In this document: positions 60,677 to 64,000 of the stretch, piece after piece | Numbering within the stretch: the stretch's first letter is position 1 | How the letters are laid out: the number at the start of each line of letters is the position of its first letter | Origin: Fistulifera solaris | Lineage: Eukaryota | Direction: 5' to 3' | Assembly (NCBI GenBank): GCA_030295235.1 | Contig: AP026133.1 | Span: 372,001 to 436,000, forward strand | Length of the DNA stretch: 64,000 nucleotides | The notes under the pieces: model-generated | Seen by the model: the letters and a program-made list of their open reading frames with translations, nothing else | Database searches by the model: none | What the model was told of the DNA's origin: nothing | Translations under genes and position numbers: made by a program

Positions 60677-61224
60677 GACTCGATTGCTTCAAAATGACAA
60701 GTTTTCGACTTCTCTCGTTTCAGTTGAAAGGATCTTTCTGATGCAGATCGCTTATAATGAATCATCGACGAGATGATAAAAGAAATCGACTCCGATGAAT
60801 GTCAATGAAATTTGACGACGAAAATTCTTGAATAAGTTTGAACTACGTTCTATTTTTGCACTTAAATGCAACGGATTACCGGAGCGTCATCAACATTTAA
60901 ATATGGAATTACGGAATCATTGAACTGATCGCCAAAACAAAGTACTTTATAAGCTATAATTTATAAAACACTTACATGACTTGAGATTCCAGATTCCGTG
61001 GGGTGAGAATGGACAAGGTAAATTACGCCAAAAAAGCGACCATGGACAACATGGATCTACCTGGCAATGAGTAAAGATAATGCATGACCTTTTCGCTTTG
61101 CGATAAAAATAAGATTACTTAGGACAGCGACTGCAATCAGTTCCTTTATAACAAGTCGATGAAAGAGACGAAGTGGCGTCTATAAACGGTAAACTTGGGG
61201 CGAACTGAATCACAAGAGCAAGCC

Positions 61225-63164
61225 ATGAGCCGACGTGTCGCCTCAAAGGTCTTTCTCTTCAAGGGAGCGATCAAAAGCGGCACAACTTTGACTTTTAAAG
61301 GGAAACAGATAACAACGGCTCGCAACACTCGATCTGCTGTGAGCTCACGGGTAATGGTTAGACCGTTTGGTGCAATCACGTCGACGAACTATGGAATTCC
61401 TGTGATCTCTTCTTCGGACAGAAGTAAAGGGCAAATTATATCGCCAATACAGCTTACTGATTTAGTTTCCGCGAGGACAGCAGATGAAGTTGTCACGATA
61501 CTATCGATGTGGCTGGAGGTTGTAAAGTATGGTGCTCTAAATCCTGATTATGTGAAGAAGAATGCCATTTTATCGCCGCTCGAAGCTATCGAGTTTTTAC
61601 AGTCCGATCAAATATCATTTAAGCCCGAACTGCGAATCTACTCATTATTGATTCAAGGAGCGTTATGGAAGCGCTGGGAAAAGAATACGCTCCGAAAAAG
61701 TGCGCCAAACTACTGGATCAATTTCTCAAGGCATTGATGAAAGAAGTGACAAACATCGATGACAAAACGTCACTGTTGAAACTAGTTCATACAGTCATGA
61801 CTAGCTCGGTACAGGCAAAGAACATTTCGCGAGCAGAGGAATGGCTGAAAGCGTTAGAGGAACCACAAAGCCTGATTCTACCAACAAATCTCACCTACAG
61901 TATTGTCATAAATGCTTGGTCGCGAAATAATGTGCCTCAAAGAGCAGAGGCCACTCTATACCGAATGATTTTACGGAAACAGACAGATGACGCTCTTATT
62001 ATTACCAAGAGCTATTTTCATCGTTGCTTGGATGCATGGGTGCATTCCAAAGACAAAATGGCCGGCGAGAGAGCCGAAATTCTTCTCTTAAAGATGCAAG
62101 ACGCGAACAACGACAGAGGGCTGGAAGGTGGTGGGCCTTGTATACAGAGCTGGTTTAAAGTTGTTTGTGCTTGGACGAACAGCAATAAGTCACGAAGAGA
62201 TGCAGCACCACGGGCTCAAAGAATTTTGGAACTGATCGTTCAGAATGACGAGTTTGACTGGAGCCATAGAGAGAATGCAAAGTGGATTGTTGAAACGTAC
62301 TTGCAAGTGATGAGAGCGTGGTCGTTTCACGGAGGCAACGTTGGTTTCGAAAGAGTTGGAGCTTTAGTCGAAGAGTTGTTCAATAGGCTCAAAGCTGAGG
62401 ACGACGTAACCAATCTCACGGAGAACGTAGCAAATCGGATTTTTCTGCATTGGGTGACTTCTTTGGTGAAGTCTGATTTAGAGGATCTTGCCAATCAACT
62501 GAAAATATTATTTCGAGCAATTGTAGATCGCAATATGAATGTAGACTGGAACACTGCCAATTTCAATCTGGTCTTAAACGTTTACGCGAAAGCACGAGAT
62601 GGCCCAGAAGCGGAGAATATATTAAAGAAAATGCTTCAACTAGCTTTGGATGGAAAGGATGATTGCCTCCCGAACACACAGAGCTTCAACTCAGTGATAC
62701 TCGCTTGGAGTAAATCTGATGACCGGACTTTGGCTTGTACTCGTGCAGAAGAAATATTTATTTTGATGAAACGCATTGAAGGGGTCACACCCAATGTTGC
62801 AACATATAATGCTTTGTTATCGGCGATGGGTGGGTCAGGGGACGTGGAAACCGCCACGCGAGGAGATAGATACTTCAAAGAACTCCAACGCATTTATGCA
62901 GATACGAGAAATCCCTCTTTTCGACCGAACAACATCACTTACACAAAAGCTATTTCACTGTGGTCCAATGTTACCAGTCCCGAAGCCTTAGAGCGTTCCG
63001 ATGCTTTACTTCAAGATATGCTTGCTCCAGGAACGACGGATGATGACTTGAGGCCCACTATTGCCACATACAAAGCTTTTCAATCAATTCTGGCGAGCAG
63101 CGACGCGCCAGACAAACACGAAAGGATACAATATGTACAAGAAGCCATGAAGAAATTACGCTAG
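61225..63164 (+). CDS. Pentatricopeptide repeat (PPR) protein, probably organellar
   Basis: Repeats PTNLTYSIVINAWSR, PNTQSFNSVILAWSK, PNVATYNALLSA, PNNITYTKAISLW; frameshift near 61675. Confidence 0.9.
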
Positions 63165-63300
63165 TTTTCAACTTCGCCCTTTTCAGGCTTAGCACTGGAA
63201 AGACGAATCGTTGTTGCAGCACCTTCAAGCAATAACACTCCACTATAATAGAAAGATAGCTTGTTGAATTGAAAATTTTAGATATAGAATTCTGCTGGCA

Positions 63301-64000
63301 TTACTGTGTCAATCGATTGACATTGTTCTCCATAATGTTGGCGAGTTCCTTCAAGAACAGCGCAGCATCCGAACCGTAAATTTGACGGTGGTCACAAGTG
63401 AGAGTAACGGTCATTTGCTTGACTTTCTTCATGCCCAGCACTGCTTGTTTGCATGGAACAATAACTTCACGAGTGGCTCCGATGGCCAAGATACCACCAG
63501 TTCCGTTAGGCAAAATCGAACCAAACTGGGTGACACCGAACATTCCCATATTCGAAATGGAGAAGGTTCCTGATTGGTATTCGTCAGGCTTCAATCCACC
63601 TTTTCGGGCCTTCTCGACCAACTCCTTCCAGTTCTCCGCCAAGTCTTCTACACTGCGCTCGTTCGCGAATTTCAGGCAAGGTGTGATAAGGCCACCTTCA
63701 ATTGCGACAGCCATGGCAATGTTGATATCCTTCTTGTATACAATGGTTCCGCCGTTTTCAGGGGAGAAGGAACTGTTGATGATAGGATACTTTTCGATGG
63801 CAAGAGCAACAGCCTTGGCAAGAAGAGCGGATACGCTGATACCCTTACCCTTGACATTCTGGTAAAGCGCGTCAAAGTTGTCCATCTCAATATCACGTGA
63901 TACTTGGAAGCCAGGAGTACTCATAGTGGCCATCATGTTGTTGCTGACGGCCTTTTGCATGCCCGTCATGGCTACCGGTCCGGAAGGCATCTCAACTACA
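63301..64000 (-). CDS. pdhC: Dihydrolipoamide acetyltransferase (PDH E2), plastid/cyanobacterial type, C-terminal part
   Basis: INIAMAVAIEGGLITP, SGTFSISNMGMFGV, TLTCDHRQIYGSDAA; 5' part lies beyond the window. Confidence 0.93.
   Translation of the reverse strand, partial: VVEMPSGPVAMTGMQKAVSNNMMATMSTPGFQVSRDIEMDNFDALYQNVKGKGISVSALLAKAVALAIEKYPIINSSFSPENGGTIVYKKDINIAMAVAIEGGLITPCLKFANERSVEDLAENWKELVEKARKGGLKPDEYQSGTFSISNMGMFGVTQFGSILPNGTGGILAIGATREVIVPCKQAVLGMKKVKQMTVTLTCDHRQIYGSDAALFLKELANIMENNVNRLTQ

Noticed and set aside
1..64000. More than 20 frameshifts read as programmed frameshifting, RNA editing or mass pseudogenisation
   Set aside because: They are 1-nt indels, many in homopolymer runs, and hit essential genes (SRP68, uL1, hisC, importin, Lhcf) that show no other decay. 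Uncorrected long-read error is the simplest explanation; short-read polishing would confirm.

Overview
Gene-dense eukaryotic nuclear DNA from a diatom: short GT-AG introns, an Lhcf-type fucoxanthin-chlorophyll protein and bipartite plastid leaders. A decayed gene at 11961-13464 resembles, from memory, a repeat-protein family expanded in Fistulifera, suggesting a Fistulifera-like raphid pennate (unverified). About 33 genes are recognisable, including two tandem DUR3 urea transporters, Rab8, DcpS, SRP68, Lhcf, ribosomal L1, PP6, RPC25, importin-5, HisC, an NTT-type transporter, TMF golgin, a PPR protein and plastid PDH E2. More than 20 single-base frameshifts fall in otherwise intact and often essential genes, many in homopolymer runs; they are most likely long-read assembly errors, so gene ends are approximate. 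No rRNA, tRNA, CRISPR array or intact transposon was found. The most interesting observations are: (1) a recurrent non-coding GTAC/TACC(W)GGTA palindrome-concatemer element found mainly upstream of genes and in divergent promoters; (2) a predicted plastid DnaJ-type zinc finger with a bacterial Trp-rich (TIGR02450/DUF2389-like) domain inserted in it; (3) two TMEM164-like putative transacylases flanking a DUF285/BspA-type repeat gene and a ~370-bp patch built of consecutive short duplications; (4) intron gain/loss with a 19-nt microexon, plus conserved promoter blocks, between the DUR3 paralogs.
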